A stretch of 22,117 nt of DNA from an uncultured delta proteobacterium. GTDB lineage: Bacteria; Myxococcota; Myxococcia; Myxococcales; Anaeromyxobacteraceae. The DNA lies in contig CAWFDF010000001.1 in NCBI GenBank assembly GCA_963814585.1, positions 1-22,117 of the forward strand. Direction: 5' to 3'. The position numbers and the translations under genes were made by a program. This document shows, piece by piece, positions 8,459-17,709 of this stretch. The notes under the pieces are model-generated. The model saw nothing but the letters and a program-made list of their open reading frames with translations, did not search any database and was not told where the DNA came from. Position 1 is the first letter of the stretch. Each line of letters begins with the position of its first letter.

Positions 8459-9595
8459 ATGAAGAAGCTCACCTTCATCGCCCTCGCCGCCTTCGCCAGC
8501 ACGGCGCTCGCCGGCGAGTTCCACACCTACACCACGCTGGTGTGCAGCGACTGCCACACCATGCACGCCAGCCGGACCCACAGCTACGGGACCGACTCCC
8601 TCAACGCCAACGACACCGTCGTCTTCGGCGCTGGCGACACCGGCGGCCACGAGGCCCTCCTGCTCGGCGCCGACGTCAACAAGACCTGCCTGACCTGCCA
8701 CAACGGCGCGCGCGGCCCGGACGTCTTCGGCCTGAACGCCGGCCTCTTCTCCCCGAACAGCCGCTCCGCCGGCGCCCTGAACTCCACAGCCGGACATCGC
8801 CCAGGCGGCGGCTACATGCCGTACATGGGCCACTCGCTCGGCTCGACCGCGATGCCCCCGGCTACATCGCCGCCAACTGGAGCGCCACCTACCGGTACCC
8901 GGGCCAGGACCTGCAGCCATCCAGGGTTCCCGCTGCCACACGGCCCACGGCCGCAGGAACCTTCTCGCGTAACCTGCGCGACCGCGGCTCCGACGCCGCC
9001 ATACACAAGCCCCGACTGCGTGACATCATGCCCGGCCGGCAGCTGACCCTCAACTACGGCTACGACGTCAACATGTTCGGCAACGACTACCAGTTCCGAC
9101 AGCATCTTCTACACGTCGGCCACCGGCTCGACGCTCCGCCTGAACAAGATGACCGCCTTCTGCGGCATGTGCCACGGCAACTACCACGACGACGCCGTCG
9201 GCGGCGTCGCCGGACGACTACTTCAAGCGTCACCCGACCGACCAGGTCACCCTCACCCCGCGCCGCGCTCTTCACGGCCGAGGCGGTCGAGGCCACCAAC
9301 GTGTCGGTCAAGCTGACCTACATCCGGGCGCGGGCGTCACCCGCGGCACCGAGCCCGGCACCATCAACTTCCAGGCTAATCCCACCGCGACGGCGACCGT
9401 CGGCTGCCTCACCTGCCACAAGGCCCACGGCAACCTGAACTCCTTCGGCCTGTTCTTCCCCGGCAACTCGGTCGGGCCGACGGGCGCCGAGTCCACCTCG
9501 ACGGCAACCACGAGCAGGGCCCGGGCAACTCGATCCGGAACCTCTGCAACACCTGCCACGGCCAGGGCCGCACGCCCGTGACGGTAATCCCGTAA
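8459..9595 (+). CDS. omcS: OmcS-family hexaheme outer-surface cytochrome c (candidate nanowire subunit); several indels at 8855-9540
   Basis: Signal peptide MKKLTFIALAAFASTALA, then FH-x6-CSDCHTMH, LL..TCLTCH, SAG/GHSLG, a garbled xRCHTAHG..RNL (about 8931), MTAFCGMCHGNYH, KRHPT, VGCLTCHKAHG and RNLCNTCH. Order and context of motifs are those of Geobacter OmcS. Stop TAA 9593-9595. The symbol denotes family, not proven orthology. Confidence 0.8.
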
Positions 9596-9612
9596 CCAGC
9601 TGAAGCAGTCCG

Positions 9613-9642
9613 GCGTGGGGAGGGCGAGAGCCCTCGCCACGC
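9613..9642 (+). terminator. GC-rich stem-loop after the omcS-like gene (weak terminator or mRNA 3' stabiliser)
   Basis: GCGTGG-G-GAGGGC-[GAGA]-GCCCTC-G-CCACGC: 12-bp stem with a GNRA loop and only a weak U tract (TGCATTTC). Confidence 0.6.
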
Positions 9643-9670
9643 TGCATTTCGTGGCATACTGCGAGGCGAC

Positions 9671-10590
9671 GTGTCGAAAGGGACGCCCATCAGGCCCGGA
9701 AGAGCGCACACCGCGGGCTGGCCGCACGCCGCGCTGCTGCTCATGGCGCCGCTCCTCCTCGGGGGCTCCTGGCACACCTCCAATCGGCTCGTCTGCAGCG
9801 ACTGCCACACCATGCACAACAGCGCCGCCGGCCAGGCGATGCGCTACGACCTCGACGACACCCCGGTCCAGTACCTGCTCCGCAGCGCCAGCCCCGACCC
9901 TACGCTCTGCCTGCACTGCCACGGCTCGATGCCGACGCAGGGCGCCCCCCGGGGTGGCGCTGAGGAGGGCGCGGTGCCCCCCTTCGACTCGGCCGCCGGG
10001 TTCTTCACCACCGCCGGCGGGGGCCAGCCGGTCACCGGCTGGCCACGTCGTCGGCGTGGCGCCGACCCAGGACCCGGCCGAGTACTTCTCCAGCGCGGCC
10101 ATGACGCTCGGCTGCCTGGTCCGCGACCAGCACGGCAACGCCCTCTACCGGAACCTCCGCCAGCCATTGAGGACCGGGTCAGCGCCTCGCCGCTGGTCAC
10201 CGAGCGGCGGGTGCTGGCCAGCCAGGCCCAGGCCGGCCCCGGTCTACGGCACAGCCGACGTCCCTACAGTCGGGCTTCGCCAAGGTGGTGCCTCAACTGC
10301 CACGACCAGTACAGCCGCTACCGCCGCGGTCGACATCCTCGACCCGCCCCGACACCTCTACTACCTCTACTACGCCGCCAACGCCCTCTCGGCCACGGGG
10401 ACGCCGCTGCCGCGGCCGCGCGTCCAGGCGCCCTCGTCGAGGCCGTCCCGGATCCGACCAACCAGCTCTTCTGCCTCTCCTGCCACAAGGCCCACGGCAG
10501 CGGGGCCCCTGCGTGGTCTACCCCGACCCCGCCGACACCAGCTCGCTGTGCGCCCGCTGCCACGTGCCGCCGGCGGCGGTGGCGCCATGA
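9671..10590 (+). CDS. Second, compact OmcS-family hexaheme cytochrome c, about 305 aa; multiple indels
   Basis: GTG with SD GAGG and a hydrophobic signal. WH-x6-CSDCHTMHNS, YLL..LCLHCH, AAGFF/GH, garbled LGCLVRDQHGN..YRNL, WCLNCH, LFCLSCHKAHGS and SLCARCH. TGA 10588-10590 overlaps the next ATG. Confidence 0.75.
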
Positions 10591-12011
10591 GCCGGGTCCT
10601 GCCCGGCACGCGCGGCCTGCTCCGCGGCCTCTCGGCCGCGGCGCTGCTGGCGGCGCTGCCGCTCGTCGCGACGGCCGGCCCCGAAGCCTTCCGCACCTCC
10701 CGCCACGCCGACCGGTGAGCGGGCCGTTCCGCGATCGCAAGTACCGGCCCGGGACCTGCCTGCAGTGCCACGGCAGCGGCGGCGCCTCGACGATGGACCG
10801 TCCAACGGGATCGCGCATCGCCGCCAACGACGACCAGCTCTGCCTGACCTGCCAGGCGGCGGCCCGCGGCTCGTTCCCCGAGGTACGCCTCACTGGTGAC
10901 CCGCTCGACGCACAGCCAGTCGCCGCGGGTGGTCTGGCCCGGGCCGGTGCCCAGGGCTCGCCCGCGGGGGGGCGGGGGACGCTGCCTCAACTGCCACGAC
11001 CCGCACGGCCGGGTCGATGCGCTCAGGCCCCATCCCGGACATGCTGGTGGCCCGCGGCGACGACCTGTGCCTCGCCTGCCACGGCGGGGTGGGGGCGGCG
11101 CCGACATCGCGGCCACCTCGACGGGATCAGCCGGCACCCGCGCGCCACCGGCGGGGCGGTGAAGGGCGGCGCCTGCGGGGACGGTTGCTGGATTGCCGCG
11201 ACCCGCACCTGGCTCGGCGCGACACCACCGGCGCCCTGGGCGGGACCGTCGGCCTGGTGGACGGCGTCCGCCGGGTCAGGCTGATCGACGGCGCGGCCGT
11301 CCCTCCGCGGCCACCCCGGGTGGGACCGGAGCCGCTCCCCGACCCCGGAGTACGAGGTCTGCTTCCGCTGCCACGCCGGCGCGGCGGGCGACTCCGCCAC
11401 CGTGCTGGCGGCGCCGACGGGGGTCACGCTGGGCCACCGTCCGGTGCCGGGGCGGTCCCGGCGGGGGGCGCGATCACCGCGGTGGCGCGCGGCGAGGTCG
11501 CTCGGGCTTCAACCCGGCCAACGCCTCCTACCACCCGGTGAGGCCCCGGGGCGGGACGGCGCCATCGACCCGGCCGCGTTCGCCGGTGGCTGGCGAGCCG
11601 GGCGGATGGTCAGCTCAGCGACTGCCACGGCTCCGGCAACGGCCGGGTCCGGGGCCCACGGCTCGAGCTTCCCGAAGCTGCTGAAGAGGCGGTATCCGGT
11701 CGCGGCCCAGGCCGCCCAGCAGGAGCCGTCCGACCTGCTTCGACTGCCGTGCCTGGAGCACCTACGCGGCCGCCGGCGCCGGGCTGGCCGCCACGGTCAG
11801 CCGGTACGGCGGCCACACCTCGCACGCCGGCCAGGGCCTCTCCTGCCAGGCCTGCCACGAGCCCGCGGGAGCCCGAAGCTCCCCTCGCTGGGCGCTCCGC
11901 ACGCCGGGCCTGGTCACCTACCAGCGCGACGCCTCGGGCGGCACCTGCACCGTCAGCTGCCACGCCAAGACCCCGCCCGCCGCCAGCTACCGGCTGGCCT
12001 ACCCCCGGTAG
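10587..12011 (+). CDS. Secreted multiheme cytochrome c, about 10 heme motifs, heavily frameshifted
   Basis: Signal peptide MSRVLPG...ALPLVATA. Intact motifs across frames: CLQCH, CLNCHDPH, CLACH, CFRCH, CQACH and terminal CTVSCH (Cx3CH). Four damaged ones: CLTCQ, DCRDPH, SDCHG, FDCR. Stop TAG 12009-12011. Confidence 0.75.
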
Positions 12012-12026
12012 GCCAGCACCGCCTCG

Positions 12027-14182
12027 ATGGAATCCCAGGCCCAACCCCGCGCCCGCGCAACCCTGGTCGCCTGGCTGCTCGCGCTCGCCCCGGGCCTGGC
12101 GTCGGCGGCCGTGGACGGACTGGGGGCCACCGCCACGCTCCAGCTCAACCGGTTCGAGACCGCCGACACCGCCTCCGACGGGGTGAACCAGCGCTACTAC
12201 CTGTTCTTCGAGAACCCGCTCTCGGGGCTGCTCAAGTACCGGGCCAAGCTCGGCTACATCGAGGATCACGCCAACGTCTTCACCGAGGGGCCGCGCCTCG
12301 GACAGCGGGCCGTCCAGCCGGGGCTCCAGCTCGACTACGGGCGCGACTGGCTGTCGCTGAACGGCCTCTACGAGTACCAGTGGATCGAGCGGTTCTCCCA
12401 GGTCGCCGAGTCGGTGGCCGGCACGAGCCACCGGGGCCCCACCACGCTGGGCATCCAGGCCACCGAGGACCTCCGCTTCGGCGCCCGCTTCGAGTGGCAC
12501 GGGCAGCGGGAGGCGAGCACCGACGTGCGGCTCGACCGCTACCGGGCCGACGTCAGCGGCACCTGGCAGCGCGGGGTCAACTCCGTGTCGCTCGGCCCGG
12601 TCCTCGACGTCTACAAGAACTCGGCCAACGGCTACCTGCGGACCACCGTCTCCCCGACCCTCAAGGCGAACTATGGCGACACGTGGCTCGGCGGGAAGCT
12701 CAACGTCTACCTGAACGGCACCGCCGCCTACAGCCAAATCAACGAGTCGGCCGGCGGGGCCCTACCGGTCAGCGAGCCGCGCGAGATCGAGCCGCTCGCC
12801 GCCTCCTGGGTGGTGAGCGGCACGACCGCCGACACCACCGCCACCCCCTCCACCTCGGTCCCCGCGCTGATCGACGGGAACTACGTCGCCAGCACCGGCA
12901 TCTCGCTCGGGCCCGACGGCGTCTCGTCCCAGAACCTGGCGTTCGACATGGGCCGGGTGATCACCCTCGACGAGTTCCCGATCTACCTCCGCGACCCCGG
13001 CGGCAACCCCCTCCAGGAGGGCGGCCCTGTGACCTGGACGGCCTACACCAGCCTCGACGGGCTGCGGTGGACCCCCACCAGCTCGGCCGGGGCCAGGTTC
13101 GACCTGGGGCTGAGCGCCTCGATCATCGCCTTCTCGGCGACCGAGGCGCGCCACTTCAAGGTGGTCAACTTCGGGGTCAACCGGCTCCCCACCCTGGTGA
13201 CCGAGATGGAGATCTACGAGCACCGGGTCATCCTGCCCAACGAGACCCGGACCTCCTGGACCGCCACCCAGGTGGTGGGCGGGGGCGTGACGCTGCAGAT
13301 CGCGGAGAAGCTCGCGGCCACGGTGACCGGAAACATGGGGCCGACCGCAGCGGCCGGCGGGGCGCGCGCCGTACGACTCCATCACCGACAACTACCTGGT
13401 CGGCCTGACCTCCGGCCCCTGGGCCGGCTTCCCTCTCGGGCTCGCTACTGCCCACAACGACTTCATGAGGACCCTCTCCCCCACGCTCCGCGGGGACGTC
13501 GGCTCGCTGGGGGTGGGCTCACGCCGAACGAGGTCCTGTCGACCGGGCTGGTGGCCTCGGCCCAGCGGCAGGACTACGGCGAGTACCGGCTCGAATCGCA
13601 GGGGCTGTCGCTCACCGCCGCCTGAACCCCCATCAGGAAGCTCAACCTGGGCGCCTACGCCGCGGTGAACTGGTGCGGTCAACTACCCGTACGGGCTGGA
13701 GCAGACCGTCATGTCGGCCGGCGGCAGCGCCGTCATCTTCCTGCACCGGACCTTCGACGTCGCGCTGGCCGCCACGGCGCAGAAGATCCTCTCGGGGGAG
13801 GCGAACCTGATTCCGGAGGGGGTCCATCGTGCCGCCGGCCATCCAGCGCAGCTACTCGGCGACGCTCCGCTACCACCCGAACTCCCAGCTCGATCTGAGC
13901 GCGCAGTTCGGGTATACCGAGACCGGGGCGGCCGATGGCCCGGTCCAGAACTACCGGGTGAGCTGGCTCCCGTTCCCGAACGGCGCCTTCAGCCTCATCC
14001 TCAACTACCAGCAGAACGTCGAGCCCATCTCCGGCTCGAGCCTGAGCCGTCTCTCCGTCATCCCGGGGTGGAACATCAGCAAGCACCTCTCACTCACGGC
14101 CTCGCTCTTCCGCAGTGGGGGTCGGGCCCGTTCGCCGTCCCGCTCGAGACGCTACTACCTGGCGCTGACCTTCTACCTATGA
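12027..14182 (+). CDS. Putative outer-membrane beta-barrel protein with inserted discoidin (F5/8C)-like domain; indels at 13340-13850 and near 14120
   Basis: Signal peptide ending ASA-A. Alternating amphipathic strands (LKYRAKLGY, GLQLDYG, LSLNGLYEY, RYRADVSGTW, YSATLRY, LDLSAQFGY) and terminal strand YYLALTFYL*. Stop overlaps the next ATG. Joins ORFs 12027..13625 and 13829..14182. Confidence 0.7.
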
Positions 14183-14763
14183 GCCCCACTGCGCAGCCAC
14201 GCTCTCGACTCCCCGGCGGACTGGCCGGCTGGCCCCTCCTGCTGGCGCTGGCCCTGGGATGCGCGGCGCCGAGCCCGTACGTCAGCGAGAACGCCGACTT
14301 CTCGCTGATCCGGTCCGTGGCCATCCTCCCGTTCGACGACGCCTCGGGGGAGAAGATGGGGGCAGAGCGGATCCAGCGGATCTTCATGACCGAGCTGCTG
14401 GCCCTCGGGGTCTTCGATCCGGTCGAGCCCGGGCAGGTGGTCCGGGCGGTCCGCACCGAGCGGATCGACCCCGCCTCCTTCACGCCCGACGACATCAAGA
14501 AGCTGGGGAAGCTGCTGGGTGTCCAGGGCGTCTTCGTCGGCTCGATCATCGAGTACTCCGAGGGGAGGTCCGCCTCGCAGTCGGCGCAGGTGACGCTGCA
14601 AATCCGGCTGCTCGACGTGGAGTCGGGCAAGACGGTCTGGTCCACCAGCCGGAGCGGGACCGGCGCGACGGTGACCGGACGGCTCTTCGGGATGGGGTCG
14701 CTCACCGCCTCCGAGGTCGCGCGGCAGCTGATCCGCGAGGAGCTCGAGCGCCTCGTCCGGTGA
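14179..14763 (+). CDS. PelC/CsgG/GNA1162-fold lipoprotein, 194 aa (OscF-like)
   Basis: Lipobox LALG-C. Motifs SVAILPFDD, FDPVEPGQV, LGKLLGVQGVFVGSIIEY and VTLQIRLLDVESGKTVWS. ATGA-coupled to the barrel gene. Confidence 0.85.
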   Translation: MSPTAQPRSRLPGGLAGWPLLLALALGCAAPSPYVSENADFSLIRSVAILPFDDASGEKMGAERIQRIFMTELLALGVFDPVEPGQVVRAVRTERIDPASFTPDDIKKLGKLLGVQGVFVGSIIEYSEGRSASQSAQVTLQIRLLDVESGKTVWSTSRSGTGATVTGRLFGMGSLTASEVARQLIREELERLVR

Positions 14764-14766
14764 ACC

Positions 14767-15831
14767 ATGAGCCTCCGGGCGGCCGTCGCACTCCTTCTCC
14801 TCGCCGCGCCCCCGGCCTCCCCGGCCGCCGAGGGGCGGCTGGTGCTGCTCCCGTTCGACGGCCAGGTCGGCCCCGCCTTCCGCCAGGCGGTGGCCCAGAC
14901 CGTCATGGTCGCCCTGGCCCGGCGGGGCTACACGGTGGTGGGCGGCGAGGTGGCGGAGCGCTTCCTGGAGGAGCGCCGCATCCGCTACCTCGACTCCCTG
15001 ACCGAGGCCGACATCCGCGCGCTCAGCGGGGAGTTCCACGCCGACGGCGTGGTGCTGGGGGCCTTCATCGCCATCCCCGACGAGCAGTCGCCGGAGGCCG
15101 CCCTCTCGGCGCGGCTGATCCGGGCGGACGGACGGATGGCGTCGACCGCCACCTCCGGCCTGTCGTCGCGCGGCGAGCAGCGGCGCCCCTACGCCGAGGG
15201 TGACACCAGGGCCACCCTGCGCCCGGTCGAGCAGCTCACCGCGGTCGCCGCCCGGCTGTTCCAGGGGTTCCCCGAGAACGGTGCGCCCCTGCCCGTGCGG
15301 GTCGCCGGCTACACGGTCGGCTCGTCGCCCAGGACCTACCGGGCCCCCGGCTTCTTCCGGGAGCGCCGGCGCGTCTGCCTGCTCCCGTTCTCCAACGTCA
15401 CGGCCACGCAGGCCGCCACCCGCGCGGTGGAGGCGATCTTCGCCCGGGCGCTCGGGGAGCGGAACCAGTTCAAGGTGGTCGAGCCGGCCGAGCTTCGCCG
15501 CGCCTTCGTGGAGGAGGAGATCTGGAGCCCGCGCTGGCTCACCCTGGACCACTACCGCCGGCTCAGCGCCCGGGTCGGCGGCTGCGCCTTCCTGAGCGGG
15601 GACATCCTGACCTACGGTATTGTGAGCGACTCGGTGGGCGGGACCACGCCCGCCGTGGAGATCTACGTCAGCCTGGTCGAGCCGCCGGCCGGCCGGGTCG
15701 TCTGGTCGGCGCTGCACGTGCGGCGCGGCCAGGAGTACGAGCACCTGCTCGGCCTGGGCGTGCTCCAGAGCAGGTTCGAGGTGGGCGAACAGGTGGTGCA
15801 GGAGCTGGTCAGGGGGCTCTACGCCCCGTGA
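14767..15831 (+). CDS. Secreted protein with two tandem PelC/CsgG-like domains, 354 aa (OscG-like)
   Basis: Signal peptide. Domain 1: LVLLPFD...ADGVVLG...LSARLIRADGR. Domain 2: VCLLPFSN...FKVVEP...LSGDILTY...VSLVEPPAGRVVWS. Confidence 0.8.
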   Translation: MSLRAAVALLLLAAPPASPAAEGRLVLLPFDGQVGPAFRQAVAQTVMVALARRGYTVVGGEVAERFLEERRIRYLDSLTEADIRALSGEFHADGVVLGAFIAIPDEQSPEAALSARLIRADGRMASTATSGLSSRGEQRRPYAEGDTRATLRPVEQLTAVAARLFQGFPENGAPLPVRVAGYTVGSSPRTYRAPGFFRERRRVCLLPFSNVTATQAATRAVEAIFARALGERNQFKVVEPAELRRAFVEEEIWSPRWLTLDHYRRLSARVGGCAFLSGDILTYGIVSDSVGGTTPAVEIYVSLVEPPAGRVVWSALHVRRGQEYEHLLGLGVLQSRFEVGEQVVQELVRGLYAP

Positions 15832-15859
15832 AAAGGTCGTGAGACCGAAGGGAAGGCAC

Positions 15860-17709
15860 ATGAAGAAGCTGCTCCTCATCGTCGCGGCGGCCGGGCTGTG
15901 CTCGGGCTGCGCCGCGCCGCGCTACCTCGCCAAGGTCAACGGCGAGGAGATCACCGGCACCGACATGCGCCGCGAGTTCGGCAAGCGCCATCGGTCGATG
16001 GAGAAGTACCTGGCGACCGAGGCCGAGGTGCGAAGGGTGCTGGACTCGGTCATCGACCGGCGGCTCTTCCTCCAGGAGGCCCGCCGCGCCGGCCTCCAGG
16101 ACAATGCCGGCCGTCCGCGAGGCCATCAACGGTGAGCGCGAGCGCCGACTCGTCGAGACCCTGGTCCGGCGCGAGGTCGAGCTTCCGGCCCAGCCGACCG
16201 AGGCGGAGGTGGCGGCGGCCTACAAGCTGATGGAGCAGGGAGGGCTGGCGCGGGAGGTGGTCACGGCCACCCGGGCCGAGGCGGAGGAGGTGCGGATCCG
16301 GGCCCTCGCCGGCGACGACTTCGAGGCGCTGGCGCGCGAGCGCTCCATCGCCCGGAGCCGGCTCAACGGCGGGCTGCTGGTGCTCCGCTTCGGCGACGCC
16401 GAGGTGGCGCGAGAGGAGGTCGGGCGCGCCCTGCGGGAGGGGGACATCTCCCCGGTGTTCGAGCTGAAGCAAGGCTGGGCGGTCCTCAAGCTGGAGGAGC
16501 GCAAGCTCATCGTCCCGCCGGACCTGCCGGTGGTGAAGGAGAAGCTCGCGGCCATCCTCAAGCGCCGCAAGGTGGAGGTGCTGGACCGGGAGTTCATCGC
16601 GGCCATCCGGGCCAAGTACGCCGCCCAGGTGGCGCCGTGCGACTTCTCGCTGGCCTCCCTGGAGAAGGCGCGCGCCACCCCGATCACCACCGTCTGCGCC
16701 ACCTGGACCGGCGGCTCCTACACGCTGTCCGAGCTGGCGGCCAGGCTGCCGCTGGACCGGCTCCGCGCCGCCCCGCCGGAGCGATACGACGCCGAGGTGG
16801 AGATGAGGATCGGCGACGTGGTGGCCGAGCGGCTGCTCCTGGCCGAGGCCATCGCCCGCGGCCTCGACAAGGACCCGGAGGTGGTGGAGCCGGTCCAGTC
16901 GCTCGAGGAGAAGCTCCTGGTCGAGCTCTACCTGGAGCGCTACGTCACGCTCGAGGTGACGGTCAGCGACGCCGAGGTGGAGGCCGGCTACCTGGCGCAG
17001 AAGTCCGAGCTGATCGTCCCCGAGTCACGCCTCCTCTCGCAGATCGAGGTGGCCAGCGCCGAGACGGCGGCCGCCGCCCAGCGGCGGCTCGGGGAGGGGG
17101 AACGCTTCGAGGAGGTCGCCAGCGAGCTCACCACCAACGTCGAGCAGGCCAAGCGGGGTGGCCTGATCGGCTGGAAGACCAAGGCGGAGCTCACCGAGCC
17201 CTTCGCCTCGGTGTTCGAGGCGCGGCGGGGCGTGGTGGTGGGCCCGGTCGCGGCCGGGGCCACTTCTACCTCGTCAAGGTCCTGGAGATCCGGCCGGAGT
17301 CGTCGCTGGAGCGACCCGAGGCGGAGGCCAAGGTCCGGGAGGCGCTGCTGACCGGCCGCCGCTTCGACCGCTTCGAGCGCTTCCGCGACCAGCTCCGGAA
17401 GGCCTCCGAGATCGAGCTGAGCGACGCGGGCATCAAGCGCTACCTGGAGGAGAACCCGGCCCCGGTGGTGAACCCTCCCCCCCGCCGACCGCCGGGAAGG
17501 GTGGTCACGCCGGCATGGGTTCGATCCCGGCCGACCTGCCGCCGGGCGGCATGCCCGGGGGGATGCCGGGTGGCCACGGTGGGCGCACGGCGGTTCCGCC
17601 GAGCCCGACGACGCCCAAGCCGGGCGCCACGCCGCCGGCCGCGACGTCGCCAGGAGCTGCGCCGCCGGGCCCGACGACGCCCAGGCCAAGACGCCCTGAT
17701 CGAAGATGA
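15860..17709 (+). CDS. Second PrsA/SurA-type chaperone (likely lipoprotein) with two parvulin domains and a Pro/Gly/Met/His tail; frameshifts near 16103, 17255 and 17480
   Basis: MKKLLLIVAAAGLCSG-C, YLAKVNGEEIT, LFLQEARRAGL, GDDFEALARERS..GDISPV, GERFEEVASEL..KRGGLIGW and QLRKASEIEL. TGA 17707-17709 overlaps the next ATG. Confidence 0.8.

Noticed and set aside
9652..9668. TGGCATACTGCGAGGC as a fourth sigma54 promoter
   Set aside because: GG to GC spacing is 11 nt instead of 10, it lacks TGC at -12, and it is too close to the GTG start.
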